From Spirochaetota bacterium (GTDB lineage Bacteria > Spirochaetota > UBA4802 > UBA5550), in contig OY760686.1 in assembly GCA_963663865.1 (NCBI GenBank), positions 2,912,001 to 2,976,000 on the forward strand: a stretch of 64,000 bases of DNA, written 5' to 3'. The notes below the pieces were generated by a model that ran no database searches, was not told the DNA's origin, and saw only the letters and a list, made by a program, of their open reading frames with translations. Shown one piece after another: positions 55,037-64,000 of the stretch. The number at the start of each line of letters is the position of its first letter. The first letter of the stretch is position 1. Made by a program: the position numbers and the translations under genes.

Positions 55037-56848
55037 TTAGAACCTGTCCTGGAGTATTCCCTTCACATCGGATATGCGGTTAGCAGCTTCTTCGACATCG
55101 CCGCTGATCTCTCCGAGACGGCTTATTGTGTCTTCAAATCCCGCTGTCCTGTCAAGAACCGCCTGAAATAGCATCTTTATCTCCGTTGAAAACGGCATTA
55201 TTTTATTGACTTCGTTTTTGGTTCTTCCGGCGAGCTTTCTTACCTCCGCAGCGACAATAGCGAATCCCCTGCCATGTTCTCCGGCATGGGCCGCCTCAAT
55301 AGCAGCGTTCAGGGCGAGCAGTGTCGTTTGAAGCGATATCTCGTTGATCGCGTCTACGATTGGATTAACGCTTTCAATAATTGACGAAGAATCCTCAATC
55401 ATGCTCCTGAGCTTCTTCATTGCCTCTCCCTGTTCCCGTGAAAAGCCAATCAACTCGGCCGACATCTTCCCTATGTCGCTGTTCTCAATACTCATGAGGG
55501 CCCTGTGAGCCGTGTTTATCCGCTCAGTTGACTCCTGGTGCAGCCTGGCGACCATCTTCTGCCGGTAGTCCTGACAGTTTTCAGGCTTATTTAGACCGTT
55601 AAATACCGCGACAGCCATGTCCCTGCAGTTGCCGTAACCGCAGGCGCTGCAGTTGTAGTGGTCTCTTTCCTCGTACTTCAGCATTTCCTCATAGAGACGG
55701 GCCATATCATTATCAGAAGGCATTTTGTAGGTTCCGTTACGGCTCAGATCAAGATATGACCTTGAGTACATCCCTTCTTCCCAGTAGCTGTCCAGGATTC
55801 TATGAAATGCCTTCAGTCCCTTCCTCGTATTCCTGCCAGCGATTCTTTTGCGGGCTTCCTCTGCCCTTGCGGCCACAAGAGCTTCAATCTGGTCGATATT
55901 CTTGTCCACGTTAAGCGTTCCAGGCCCTCCATTGCACCCCTTCTCACAGTTAAGGCAGTCAATCAGCAGCGGCGCGGTGCCGTCCGAAATTGACTCGGGC
56001 AGGTTTGAAAGGTATCTGTAGATCACCTCCACACCCTCAATTTTTCTCGTTTTCGGCGAAATACCCGGCACTTCCCTCATGGCTGTCTCAAGAAGACCCC
56101 CTGGCGTTGAAAAGAGGACTGCCCTTTCTGCCGGAGGATTCACATAGTCTTTTTCATCATAGTCCGAAAGATCAACTTTTCTCATCATAAGCAAATCGTT
56201 AAGGGACTTGACCGTCAGGTTTATTACATCCTGATAACCGGTTTCGATGAATTCCCTTTTCTTGGCATAGCATGGTGAAATCATAACTACAGGCATATCC
56301 CTGTATTCAGGGTAGAAACGTTCAATCATCTTGATTGTATGGAGCATTGGGCTGTCCGCGGGCGCTAAAAACCCGATCAGCTCAGGGTGATATATCTCTA
56401 TGTAGCTTACTATAGCCGGGCAAGGCTGCGCTATTACACATTTTGGACTATTCCTTTTTATGTGCTCGACATAGGACTTCACAGTAAGCTCAGCTCCGTA
56501 GCTGACATCAAAAACCGCCGAAGCTCCGATCGACATCAGCCATCCATTAAGGTTGAGATACTCGCGAGGGAATGATGATGCTACAGCGGGCGCGGCCACC
56601 GCCACAAAGGGGATACTCCTTTTTATCAGAGCTTCAAATTCAGGCGTATCATCAATACCGAGCCTCGCACTATGTGTGCAGTGAGCTATGCAGTTCCCGC
56701 AGCCGATACACAGATCGGCATTGACCCTGACATAGTCCCCGCTCCCGTCATTGCAGAACTTCACCGGGCAGGCGCTTATGCAGGCATGACAGTTTGTACA
56801 CTTCTCCTCATCAACCCTTATGACCGGAACAAGACCGCTCATCTCCAC
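55037..56848 (-). CDS. Soluble chemoreceptor with 2[4Fe-4S], [FeFe]-hydrogenase-like and FeS domains fused to an MCP signalling domain
   Basis: CTNCHAC..CP, CIGCGNC; [23 protein letters not shown]; CSACGYGNC; [23 protein letters not shown]. Confidence 0.9.
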   Translation of the reverse strand: MEMSGLVPVIRVDEEKCTNCHACISACPVKFCNDGSGDYVRVNADLCIGCGNCIAHCTHSARLGIDDTPEFEALIKRSIPFVAVAAPAVASSFPREYLNLNGWLMSIGASAVFDVSYGAELTVKSYVEHIKRNSPKCVIAQPCPAIVSYIEIYHPELIGFLAPADSPMLHTIKMIERFYPEYRDMPVVMISPCYAKKREFIETGYQDVINLTVKSLNDLLMMRKVDLSDYDEKDYVNPPAERAVLFSTPGGLLETAMREVPGISPKTRKIEGVEVIYRYLSNLPESISDGTAPLLIDCLNCEKGCNGGPGTLNVDKNIDQIEALVAARAEEARKRIAGRNTRKGLKAFHRILDSYWEEGMYSRSYLDLSRNGTYKMPSDNDMARLYEEMLKYEERDHYNCSACGYGNCRDMAVAVFNGLNKPENCQDYRQKMVARLHQESTERINTAHRALMSIENSDIGKMSAELIGFSREQGEAMKKLRSMIEDSSSIIESVNPIVDAINEISLQTTLLALNAAIEAAHAGEHGRGFAIVAAEVRKLAGRTKNEVNKIMPFSTEIKMLFQAVLDRTAGFEDTISRLGEISGDVEEAANRISDVKGILQDRF

Positions 56849-57083
56849 CCCCTGATCCCGGAAAGGCGAGCAGCTCCGGGAATATGATACAGCTGTTAAG
56901 CAAGTAATTCAGATTTTGACGTCTTGATTATGACGGACAGATCCGATTATTTCAAGACATAATTTTCACAAAAAAAAGAATATACATTTGAGCACATTTT
57001 TCGGCTACTAAAATGATGAAAAATTTACTTCTTGCAAGCGCTATGTGATTATTGTTAATGGCTTTTAACCATAAGGTGAATTC

Positions 57084-58565
57084 ATGAACAGCTCATTCGC
57101 TAAAAACGCACTGAAAATAATGTCGGGAAATGTTATCGCGAGAATAATCAGCTTCGCGTCCATCGCCGTTATCGCCAGGCTCTACACCCCCGGGCAGTTC
57201 GGGATAGCTGAGCTCTTTATGACCTTTCTATTTATATGTCTCACTTTCAGCTCTCTCAGCTACGAATACGCTATTTCTCTGCCCGAAAAGGAATCTGATT
57301 CATTTAGCGTTGTACAGCTGGCACTTTCGCTTCTTATCTTTTTTACTGCTCTGATTGCCGTATCCAGTTTCATCTTCTACTATATGTCCAGCGGTATTTC
57401 CTCTCTTGAGGATATAAGGATATACATATTCTTCCTCCCCATTCTCGTTTTTGTGCGAGGTTCCCGCGACGTTCTCGAACTATGGTTTTCCCGTAAGAGG
57501 CGTTTCGGAAGAATCGCAATGTCAGAGATAATAAACAAGCTTGGTGAAGTGGGTTTCAAGATCGGACTTGCCGGAATAGGCACAGCAGGGCTTTTCTGGG
57601 GAAACATCGCCGGCTTTGCCATTTCAGCGTCAGCCTATCTCACGATATTAATTCGAAAGGACAGAGGCCTCATCTCCCTGCCTTCACTTTCTGCTATGAA
57701 AAGTACCGCCCGGCGTTACTCAGGATTTCCAAAGTTCAACATATTATCCACAATGTCTAAAAGCCTTACTGAAAGACTACCTACTCTGATAATAACACCG
57801 TTTTTCGGTTTCACCGCAACCGGGCTTTACTCAATGGCGTTCAAGCTGATAAATGAGCCCATGAAGATTCTAAGCACATCCATGTCGAGGGTGTACGAAC
57901 AGGATGCCGCCCGGGAATACAATAAAAACGGCAGTATAGCCCGCCTTACTGAAGACATCTTCGACAAACTGCTGCTGATGTCCTTCATGCCCATAGCATT
58001 TATCGGCGTCGCCAGCGAAGAGCTTTTTACGGTTGTTCTTGGCTCCACATGGTCCGAAGCCGGAGTCTATACGGAAATTCTGGCTGCCTCCATGCTGGTC
58101 CGCTTTCTGATACAGCCGCTGTCCTATGCCCTTAATATTGTAGAGAAACAGCACCTCAACATGATTTTCAATTCAGCCCTTTCTGTGTTCGCTCTGCTTT
58201 CTTTCTTTGCCGGCGGTGCGCTCGGAAGCATCTATGCCGCTCTGATATTCTTTTCAGCCTCATACACAGTCATATCTTTGATATACCTGTCATTCATCCT
58301 GATGAACGCCGGAGCCTCTGCCGCGCGCATTTTCAGAAGGTCTTCCGTCCAGATAGCCGCGGCAATGCCGCCAATTGCTCTGATCATAACCATGAAACAC
58401 CTGAGGCTGCATCCGGTTCTTTTTATTCTGCTTGCCTTAACAGCGGGCGGTTTGTACTACGCCTTCATGCTTCGTTTTTACCTTAGAAAAAACAACACCA
58501 GCATTTCCGCACTTATCAAAATGCGGAAAAACCCTGCGGAGAAAAATTCAGAGAAACGCCCATGA
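57084..58565 (+). CDS. Wzx/PST-family polysaccharide flippase
   Basis: IARLYTPGQFG, SYEYAI, GLYSMAFKL; about 12-14 TM helices. Confidence 0.85.
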   Translation: MNSSFAKNALKIMSGNVIARIISFASIAVIARLYTPGQFGIAELFMTFLFICLTFSSLSYEYAISLPEKESDSFSVVQLALSLLIFFTALIAVSSFIFYYMSSGISSLEDIRIYIFFLPILVFVRGSRDVLELWFSRKRRFGRIAMSEIINKLGEVGFKIGLAGIGTAGLFWGNIAGFAISASAYLTILIRKDRGLISLPSLSAMKSTARRYSGFPKFNILSTMSKSLTERLPTLIITPFFGFTATGLYSMAFKLINEPMKILSTSMSRVYEQDAAREYNKNGSIARLTEDIFDKLLLMSFMPIAFIGVASEELFTVVLGSTWSEAGVYTEILAASMLVRFLIQPLSYALNIVEKQHLNMIFNSALSVFALLSFFAGGALGSIYAALIFFSASYTVISLIYLSFILMNAGASAARIFRRSSVQIAAAMPPIALIITMKHLRLHPVLFILLALTAGGLYYAFMLRFYLRKNNTSISALIKMRKNPAEKNSEKRP

Positions 58566-59527
58566 TTACAGCCATTGCCCTTGTCATAGCAGGACTTATA
58601 ATCCTTGTGTGGAGCGCCGACCGCTTTGTTGACGGAGCTTCAGGAATCGCGGCTTACCTGGGAATGCCTCCCCTCCTTATAGGAATGATTATTGTCGGTT
58701 TCGGCACATCAGCACCGGAGATGTTCGTTTCCGCCATGTCAGCTGTTAAAGGTAATCCCGGCATCGCAATAGGGAACGCCTATGGATCAAACATCACCAA
58801 TATAGCCCTTATTCTCGGGATTACATCGCTTATTGCCCCGATTACAGTTAAGTCGGCCGTTCTCCGGCGCGAGCTGCCCGTACTGACAGCGGCAACACTA
58901 CTGGCAGCCTGGCAAATCCATGACGGAGAGATAACACGCGTTGAAGCAGCCATTCTTCTTACAGTATTTGCATGTCTCATTGCCTGGTCGGTGTGGCAGT
59001 CGGTAAACAAGAAACCTGATGAATTCAGCACAGAAGTCGAAGACATGCTGAAAGAGAAATCCAGACCGCTCGGTCGATCGCTGTTCAGCCTGTCAGCCGG
59101 ACTTGTCCTGCTGATAGCAAGCTCTCATCTGCTTGTTACAGGCGCTGTAAAAATAGCGACATCACTTGGAGTCAGCGACCTTGTAATCGGCCTGACTGTC
59201 GTCGCTATCGGAACATCTCTGCCCGAACTTGCGTCATCTATAGCCGCCGCCCGAAAGGGCGAACACGAAATTGCCCTAGGCAATGTAATTGGATCAAACC
59301 TGTTTAACACCATGGCTGTAGTTGGAATTGCGGGAAGCGTCAGGCCCTTCAGCGTGTCCCCTGAAGTCTTCACCCGGGACATGTCAGCAATGCTCTTACT
59401 GACCGTTTCGCTCTTCGTGACAGGCTGGGGCTTTAAAGGCCGTCAGGGAAGGATAAACCGTTTTGAAGGCGGGTTCCTAGTTCTGTTTTACGCCGCTTAT
59501 ACAGCGATGCTGCTTATCACCGCCTGA
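58562..59527 (+). CDS. Calcium/sodium antiporter (YrbG/CaCA family)
   Basis: Alpha repeats GFGTSAPE..GNAYGSN and AIGTSLPE..GNVIGSN. Confidence 0.93.
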   Translation: MITAIALVIAGLIILVWSADRFVDGASGIAAYLGMPPLLIGMIIVGFGTSAPEMFVSAMSAVKGNPGIAIGNAYGSNITNIALILGITSLIAPITVKSAVLRRELPVLTAATLLAAWQIHDGEITRVEAAILLTVFACLIAWSVWQSVNKKPDEFSTEVEDMLKEKSRPLGRSLFSLSAGLVLLIASSHLLVTGAVKIATSLGVSDLVIGLTVVAIGTSLPELASSIAAARKGEHEIALGNVIGSNLFNTMAVVGIAGSVRPFSVSPEVFTRDMSAMLLLTVSLFVTGWGFKGRQGRINRFEGGFLVLFYAAYTAMLLITA

Positions 59528-59704
59528 CAGGATTCAATCCCGTTCTAATTCATTCTCGCGCCAGGCTCTGCCCTGTCGGCACTGGCTCGCCTGAAAACTA
59601 ATTGACACCCTCATCCGCCGGGGCAGAATGTCAGAGCCTCCGGGCAAATCTTCCGCGCGGCGGAACGATTTCCCGCCACAACCAGAAACAAAAAGGATAA
59701 TATT

Positions 59705-62353
59705 ATGCGTATTCCAGATAATTTTGACCCGGCATCAGCCGAAGAAAAGTGGTATAAGACCTGGGAGGATAACGGCTACTTCCATGCTGACGAAAATGAC
59801 GGACGTGAACCCTTTTCGATCGTTATCCCGCCGCCAAATGTTACCGGCAGCCTTCACATGGGTCACGCGCTCAATAACACTATTCAGGACATTATCGCCA
59901 GGTGGCAGAGAATGATGGGGAAATCTGTTCTGTGGATGCCCGGCATGGACCATGCCGGAATAGCGACACAGAACGTGGTTGAACGGCTTCTGCGGGAAGA
60001 AGGCAAGAGCCGTGAAGAGCTCGGCCGTGAGGAATTTGAAAAAAGAGTCTGGGAATGGAAAGAACATTCCGGTGGACAGATAAAGGGACAGCTGAGGCGC
60101 CTGGGTTCTTCGCTTGACTGGGAAAGAGAGAGGTTCACCCTTGATGAAGGCCTGTCAAAGGCAGTACAGAAGGTCTTCAAAACGCTTTACGATGAAGGAC
60201 TTATCTACAAAGGCTTCAGAATTATCAACTGGTGCCCACGCTGCGAAACAGCTCTTTCCGACATTGAAACAGAATACAGGGAGCTCGACGGCAGCTTCTG
60301 GCATATACGTTACCGCATTGCAGGGACCGACGAGTACATTGTAGTTGCAACAACACGGCCGGAAACCATGCTCGGGGACACCGGCGTAGCAGTCAATCCG
60401 GAGGATGAACGTTACAGCCACCTTGTCGGCAAAAAGGTTATTCTCCCCCTTGTGGAAAGAGAGATTCCTGTTTTTGCCGATTCATATGTTGACAGGGAAT
60501 TCGGAACAGGTCTCGTCAAGGTAACGCCGGCCCACGACCCGAACGACTATGAAATGGGCAAACGCAACGGTCTCGAAGAAATCAATGTTATGGATACCCG
60601 CGGCTTCATCAACGAAAACGGCGGAGTTTACAGGGGGCTTGACCGGTTCGCTGCAAGAAAAAAGATTGTCGAAGACCTTGATAAGGGCGGTTATCTCGTC
60701 AAAGTTGAAAAACACACTCACTCTGTCGGCCACTGCTACCGATGCCAGACTGTAATAGAACCGTATCTCTCAAGTCAGTGGTTCGTCAAAATTAAGCCGC
60801 TCGCTGAAGAAGCCATAAAGTCAGTCGAGGACGGCCGCATACGCTTTGTTCCAAAAAACTGGGAGAAGACCTACTACGAATGGATGTACAACATCAGAGA
60901 CTGGTGCATATCCCGCCAGCTCTGGTGGGGGCACCGCATTCCCGCGTACTACTGTGATGAATGCGGTGAAATGCACGTAGAGCTGGACGCGCCCTCGAAA
61001 TGTTCGAAATGCGGCAGCGCCAAAATACGCCAGGAAGAAGACGTTCTGGACACATGGTTCTCATCGGGTCTCTGGCCATTCTCCACGATGGGCTGGCCAG
61101 AAAACACAGCCGCGCTGCAGAAATACTATCCGACAAGCGTTCTTGTTACGGGCTTCGACATTATTTTCTTCTGGGTGGCCCGAATGATCATGATGGGGCT
61201 AAAGTTCATGGATGATATTCCCTTCAGGGATGTCTACATCCACGCCCTGGTACGCGACGAACACGGCCACAAAATGAGCAAATCGAGGGGCAACGTTGTT
61301 GATCCTCTCATCATGATGGATAAGTACGGGACCGATGCCTTCAGGTTCACGCTCGCCGTCTTCGCGGCACAGGGACGGGACGTCGTGTTCTCTGAAAAAC
61401 GCCTTGAGGGATACCGCTCATTCACAAACAAAATATGGAATTCCACCAAATTCATACTGATGAACCTTCCGGAAGATTTCAAGCCGGAACAGCCGGAACC
61501 ATCCAGGCTTGAGGTTTTCGACAGATGGATTCTGCATCGTCTCAATATAACTGTTGAAAGGGTGAGCCTTGCCCTCGAAGAATACCGATTCAACGACGCG
61601 GCAAACGAGCTATATGACTTCTACTGGCATGAGTTCTGCGACTGGTACATAGAGCTTACCAAACAGCGCCTGTACTCTAAGGACCACTCTCAAGCTGAGT
61701 CAAGTGAAACCGCAAGACAGGTTCTCTATCATGTTCTTTCACAGTCCCTGAAAATGATGCATCCCTTTATGCCCTACGTCACCGAGGAAATATGGGAAGG
61801 AATAAAGAACTCCGATGAGCATCTGATGGTATCCAGCTGGCCGAAAAACTACAGCCTTTATGTCTTTGAAAAGGAAGCATCCGAAACCGAAACCTTTAAG
61901 GAGATCGTTTACAAGATTAGGAATGTCAGGGGAGAGATGAATGTACCTCCTGATAAAAAGGCATCGGTTGTATTCAAAACCGGATCAGAAGATATTGCAG
62001 CCCTGATAAAACGCGAAGAGGTTCACATTATAGCCCTCGGACGGCTCAGCGGCATCACGGTAGACCCGGCTTATGTGCCTGACAAGTCTGACGCATCTGC
62101 CGTCATGAGCGAACTGGAGATATATCTCCCATTGAAGGGGCTAATTGACCTTGGCATGGAAAAATCCAGGCTTGAAAAAGAGATCACTAAAGCCGGATCA
62201 GACCTTGAAAAAGTAGAAGCAAAGCTGTCAAATGAAAGCTTTACTTCTAAAGCCCCCGCGGAAGTCATAGAAAAGGAGACAAAAAAGCGTGACGAACTTG
62301 CCGCTATTGTCGAAAAGCTTAAAGAAAGTCTCAACAAGCTGGCGGAACTCTAA
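59705..62353 (+). CDS. valS: Valine--tRNA ligase
   Basis: PPPNVTGSLHMGH, DWCISRQLWWGHRIP, KMSKS, C-terminal coiled coil. Confidence 0.98.
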   Translation: MRIPDNFDPASAEEKWYKTWEDNGYFHADENDGREPFSIVIPPPNVTGSLHMGHALNNTIQDIIARWQRMMGKSVLWMPGMDHAGIATQNVVERLLREEGKSREELGREEFEKRVWEWKEHSGGQIKGQLRRLGSSLDWERERFTLDEGLSKAVQKVFKTLYDEGLIYKGFRIINWCPRCETALSDIETEYRELDGSFWHIRYRIAGTDEYIVVATTRPETMLGDTGVAVNPEDERYSHLVGKKVILPLVEREIPVFADSYVDREFGTGLVKVTPAHDPNDYEMGKRNGLEEINVMDTRGFINENGGVYRGLDRFAARKKIVEDLDKGGYLVKVEKHTHSVGHCYRCQTVIEPYLSSQWFVKIKPLAEEAIKSVEDGRIRFVPKNWEKTYYEWMYNIRDWCISRQLWWGHRIPAYYCDECGEMHVELDAPSKCSKCGSAKIRQEEDVLDTWFSSGLWPFSTMGWPENTAALQKYYPTSVLVTGFDIIFFWVARMIMMGLKFMDDIPFRDVYIHALVRDEHGHKMSKSRGNVVDPLIMMDKYGTDAFRFTLAVFAAQGRDVVFSEKRLEGYRSFTNKIWNSTKFILMNLPEDFKPEQPEPSRLEVFDRWILHRLNITVERVSLALEEYRFNDAANELYDFYWHEFCDWYIELTKQRLYSKDHSQAESSETARQVLYHVLSQSLKMMHPFMPYVTEEIWEGIKNSDEHLMVSSWPKNYSLYVFEKEASETETFKEIVYKIRNVRGEMNVPPDKKASVVFKTGSEDIAALIKREEVHIIALGRLSGITVDPAYVPDKSDASAVMSELEIYLPLKGLIDLGMEKSRLEKEITKAGSDLEKVEAKLSNESFTSKAPAEVIEKETKKRDELAAIVEKLKESLNKLAEL

Positions 62354-62835
62354 GCCTCATTCCCCTTTTCACGGTGCAGTGCGGCCATTCTCGCTTCCTT
62401 GCGTATGGCCGCCTCTCTGTTCCTTCTCTTTTCCTCATCGGTTTCGAGAAGAAGCCCCGGAATTTTTCTCGGCTTCATGTCATCATTGAGTGCTACAAAT
62501 GTCAGATATGCCGTAGCCGTGTGCCTCACCTCACCGGAAATGAAGTTCTCGGCTTCGACCTTGACACCGACTTCCATGGATGATGTTCCCACATAGTTTA
62601 CGCTCGCCTTGACCCTCAGAAGGTCACCGATAAAAACCGGGCTGTGAAAATCAAGCCTGTCTATAGAGGCAGTAACGATGAGTCCCTGCGAATGCCTGCA
62701 CGCGGCAATACCTGCAGTGTTGTCAATGAGCTTCATTATCGCGCCTCCATGCACCGTGCCGGCAAGGTTCGAATCGGCCTGAGTCATCTGCTGGCACACT
62801 TCGAGGGCGCTTTCACATACTTTTTTAGGCTCCAT
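62350..62835 (-). CDS. Acyl-CoA thioesterase (hotdog fold, YciA-like)
   Basis: DSNLAGTVHGGAIMKLID, VTAS, GTSSMEV. Confidence 0.92.
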   Translation of the reverse strand: MEPKKVCESALEVCQQMTQADSNLAGTVHGGAIMKLIDNTAGIAACRHSQGLIVTASIDRLDFHSPVFIGDLLRVKASVNYVGTSSMEVGVKVEAENFISGEVRHTATAYLTFVALNDDMKPRKIPGLLLETDEEKRRNREAAIRKEARMAALHREKGNEA

Positions 62836-62838
62836 GTT

Positions 62839-63810
62839 CTATTCTGCCTCCTGTTTTCTATTGCAGCAGGCCCTGCTGTCAAGATCGCATATGGGCCTGT
62901 TCTCAATCTGAATTGTTGTGTGATTTATCGAGTACTGTTCTTCAAGCATACTGTTTATCCCGCGGATAACCTCGTCCGTATCGTCAATATCATCGGTATG
63001 AGAGTAGCATACATGGCAGGAGAGAAAAACCTCACTGGAACTGACCGACCAGATGTGAAGTCCATGAACGCTGGCCACCCCCCTTACCTTGAGAATATCC
63101 CCCCTCACATCTTCGATTGCGATATCGTGTGGAGCCCCCTGAAAAAAGATTCTGAACGACCTGGCTATTATATCCCACGAGCTCCAGAAAATCATAATTA
63201 CAATCATAAATGAAATGGCAAGGTCAATCCATATCATGTCAGTTAAATATATCAGAAGACCGGCTATAATTACTCCCGCCGATGAGATTGTATCGTACAG
63301 CAGATGGATAAAGGCCGCCCTGAGATTAAGACTGTCCTTCCTGTTACGCGCCAGGACGAAAATTGACATCGCATTTCCCGCAAGGCCAACAGCTGCAATC
63401 GGGAGCATTATCCATACATTAATCTCCTGAGGGTTTACAAACCTCTCAATTGCCTCATGAACGATGAACACCCCAACTACAACCAGGGCAAGGGCATTTA
63501 CAAGAGCAATGAATACCTCAAAACGCCTCAACCCGAAAGTATAGTTTCTTCCGCCGCTTCTCGCGGACACCTTTTCGCCGGCATAGCCGAGCACAAGGGA
63601 GGCCACGTCCGAGAGGTTATGCCACGCGTCAGAGATAAGTGCGAGGCTTCCTGAAAGCACACCGCCTGCAAATTCTGCCGCGGTTATAACGACATTAAAC
63701 AGTATGACCAGCAGCAACCTAAAACCAGCGGGCCTCGCGTGATGATGGTGATGTTCGTGGTGTGTGCTGTGTTTATCACTGTTTTTTATGGTATTATTCC
63801 TGTCTCCCAT
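62839..63810 (-). CDS. czcD: Cation diffusion facilitator (CzcD/ZitB-like)
   Basis: His-rich N-terminus, SLALISDAWHNLSD, NLRAAFIHLLYD, HGLHIW, HTTIQIE. Confidence 0.9.
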   Translation of the reverse strand: MGDRNNTIKNSDKHSTHHEHHHHHARPAGFRLLLVILFNVVITAAEFAGGVLSGSLALISDAWHNLSDVASLVLGYAGEKVSARSGGRNYTFGLRRFEVFIALVNALALVVVGVFIVHEAIERFVNPQEINVWIMLPIAAVGLAGNAMSIFVLARNRKDSLNLRAAFIHLLYDTISSAGVIIAGLLIYLTDMIWIDLAISFMIVIMIFWSSWDIIARSFRIFFQGAPHDIAIEDVRGDILKVRGVASVHGLHIWSVSSSEVFLSCHVCYSHTDDIDDTDEVIRGINSMLEEQYSINHTTIQIENRPICDLDSRACCNRKQEAE

Positions 63811-63858
63811 TTCGACTCCAAAACCTACGTATCCCCGTTAGAATTAACGGATACAGCT

Positions 63859-63999
63859 CTATTGTTCCATAATATGATCCATGCCCTGCCTGAAAACGCT
63901 TTCCACATGGTCATCATCCAGAGAATAGAAAACCGCCTTCCCTTCCCTCCTGGCTCTTACGAGCCTGGCGCTCTTGAGGATTCTAAGCTGATGTGACAC
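63859..63999 (-). CDS. 3' part of an ArsR/SmtB-family metal-sensing repressor (runs off the window end)
   Basis: Not in the ORF track. Translates VSHQLRILKSARLVRARREGKAVFYSLDDDHVESVFRQGMDHIMEQ*, with the alpha5 site DxH...HxxE; directly upstream of the CDF gene. Confidence 0.9.
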   Translation of the reverse strand: MSHQLRILKSARLVRARREGKAVFYSLDDDHVESVFRQGMDHIMEQ

Positions 64000-64000
64000 A

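Noticed and set aside
59528-59704. T-box leader upstream of valS
   Set aside because: No T-box consensus (AGGGTGGNACCGCG) and the leader after TTGACA-N16-CAGAAT is too short.
1-64000. Mobile elements, prophage, defence systems, rRNA or tRNA
   Set aside because: I recognised no transposase, integrase, phage, restriction or toxin-antitoxin motifs and no tRNA cloverleaf; very diverged ones could be missed by eye.

Overview
A 64-kb stretch of chromosome from a spirochaete. This assignment is inferred from a FlaB-type flagellin with a CsrA-type leader, an FlcA-like flagellar collar protein and many lipoproteins. It is mostly housekeeping, envelope and signalling genes: mutS2, valS, psd, PBP1A, a lytic transglycosylase, three M23 peptidases, trxB plus a two-CxxC oxidoreductase, TetR-TolC-RND, a type VII ABC system, Fur-TBDR-TonB, a CDF transporter with SmtB, two chemoreceptors, HD-GYP and PilZ proteins. 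I saw no transposase, integrase, CRISPR array, rRNA or tRNA. The signals least explained by ordinary annotation are these. (1) 13.9-14.5 kb: an array of 13-15 dyad-symmetric 21-bp repeats with 42/84-bp higher-order structure, open on + as a Cys-every-7 peptide, with a cluster of abutting hairpins about 110 bp away. (2) A roughly 200-nt G-U-rich structured RNA candidate at 414-609 (-). (3) A three-gene locus of a (D/E)RR-repeat microprotein, a lipoprotein whose M23 peptidase is inserted inside an ankyrin repeat, and an HD-GYP protein. (4) A signal-peptide-bearing YidD homologue coupled to two TPR-TM2-like proteins. (5) A soluble [FeFe]-hydrogenase-like chemoreceptor. (6) A duplicated promoter/operator unit linking an outer-membrane barrel to an adaptor-less TetR-TolC-RND locus. 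All family calls come from recognising motifs by eye; no searches or folding programs were run.
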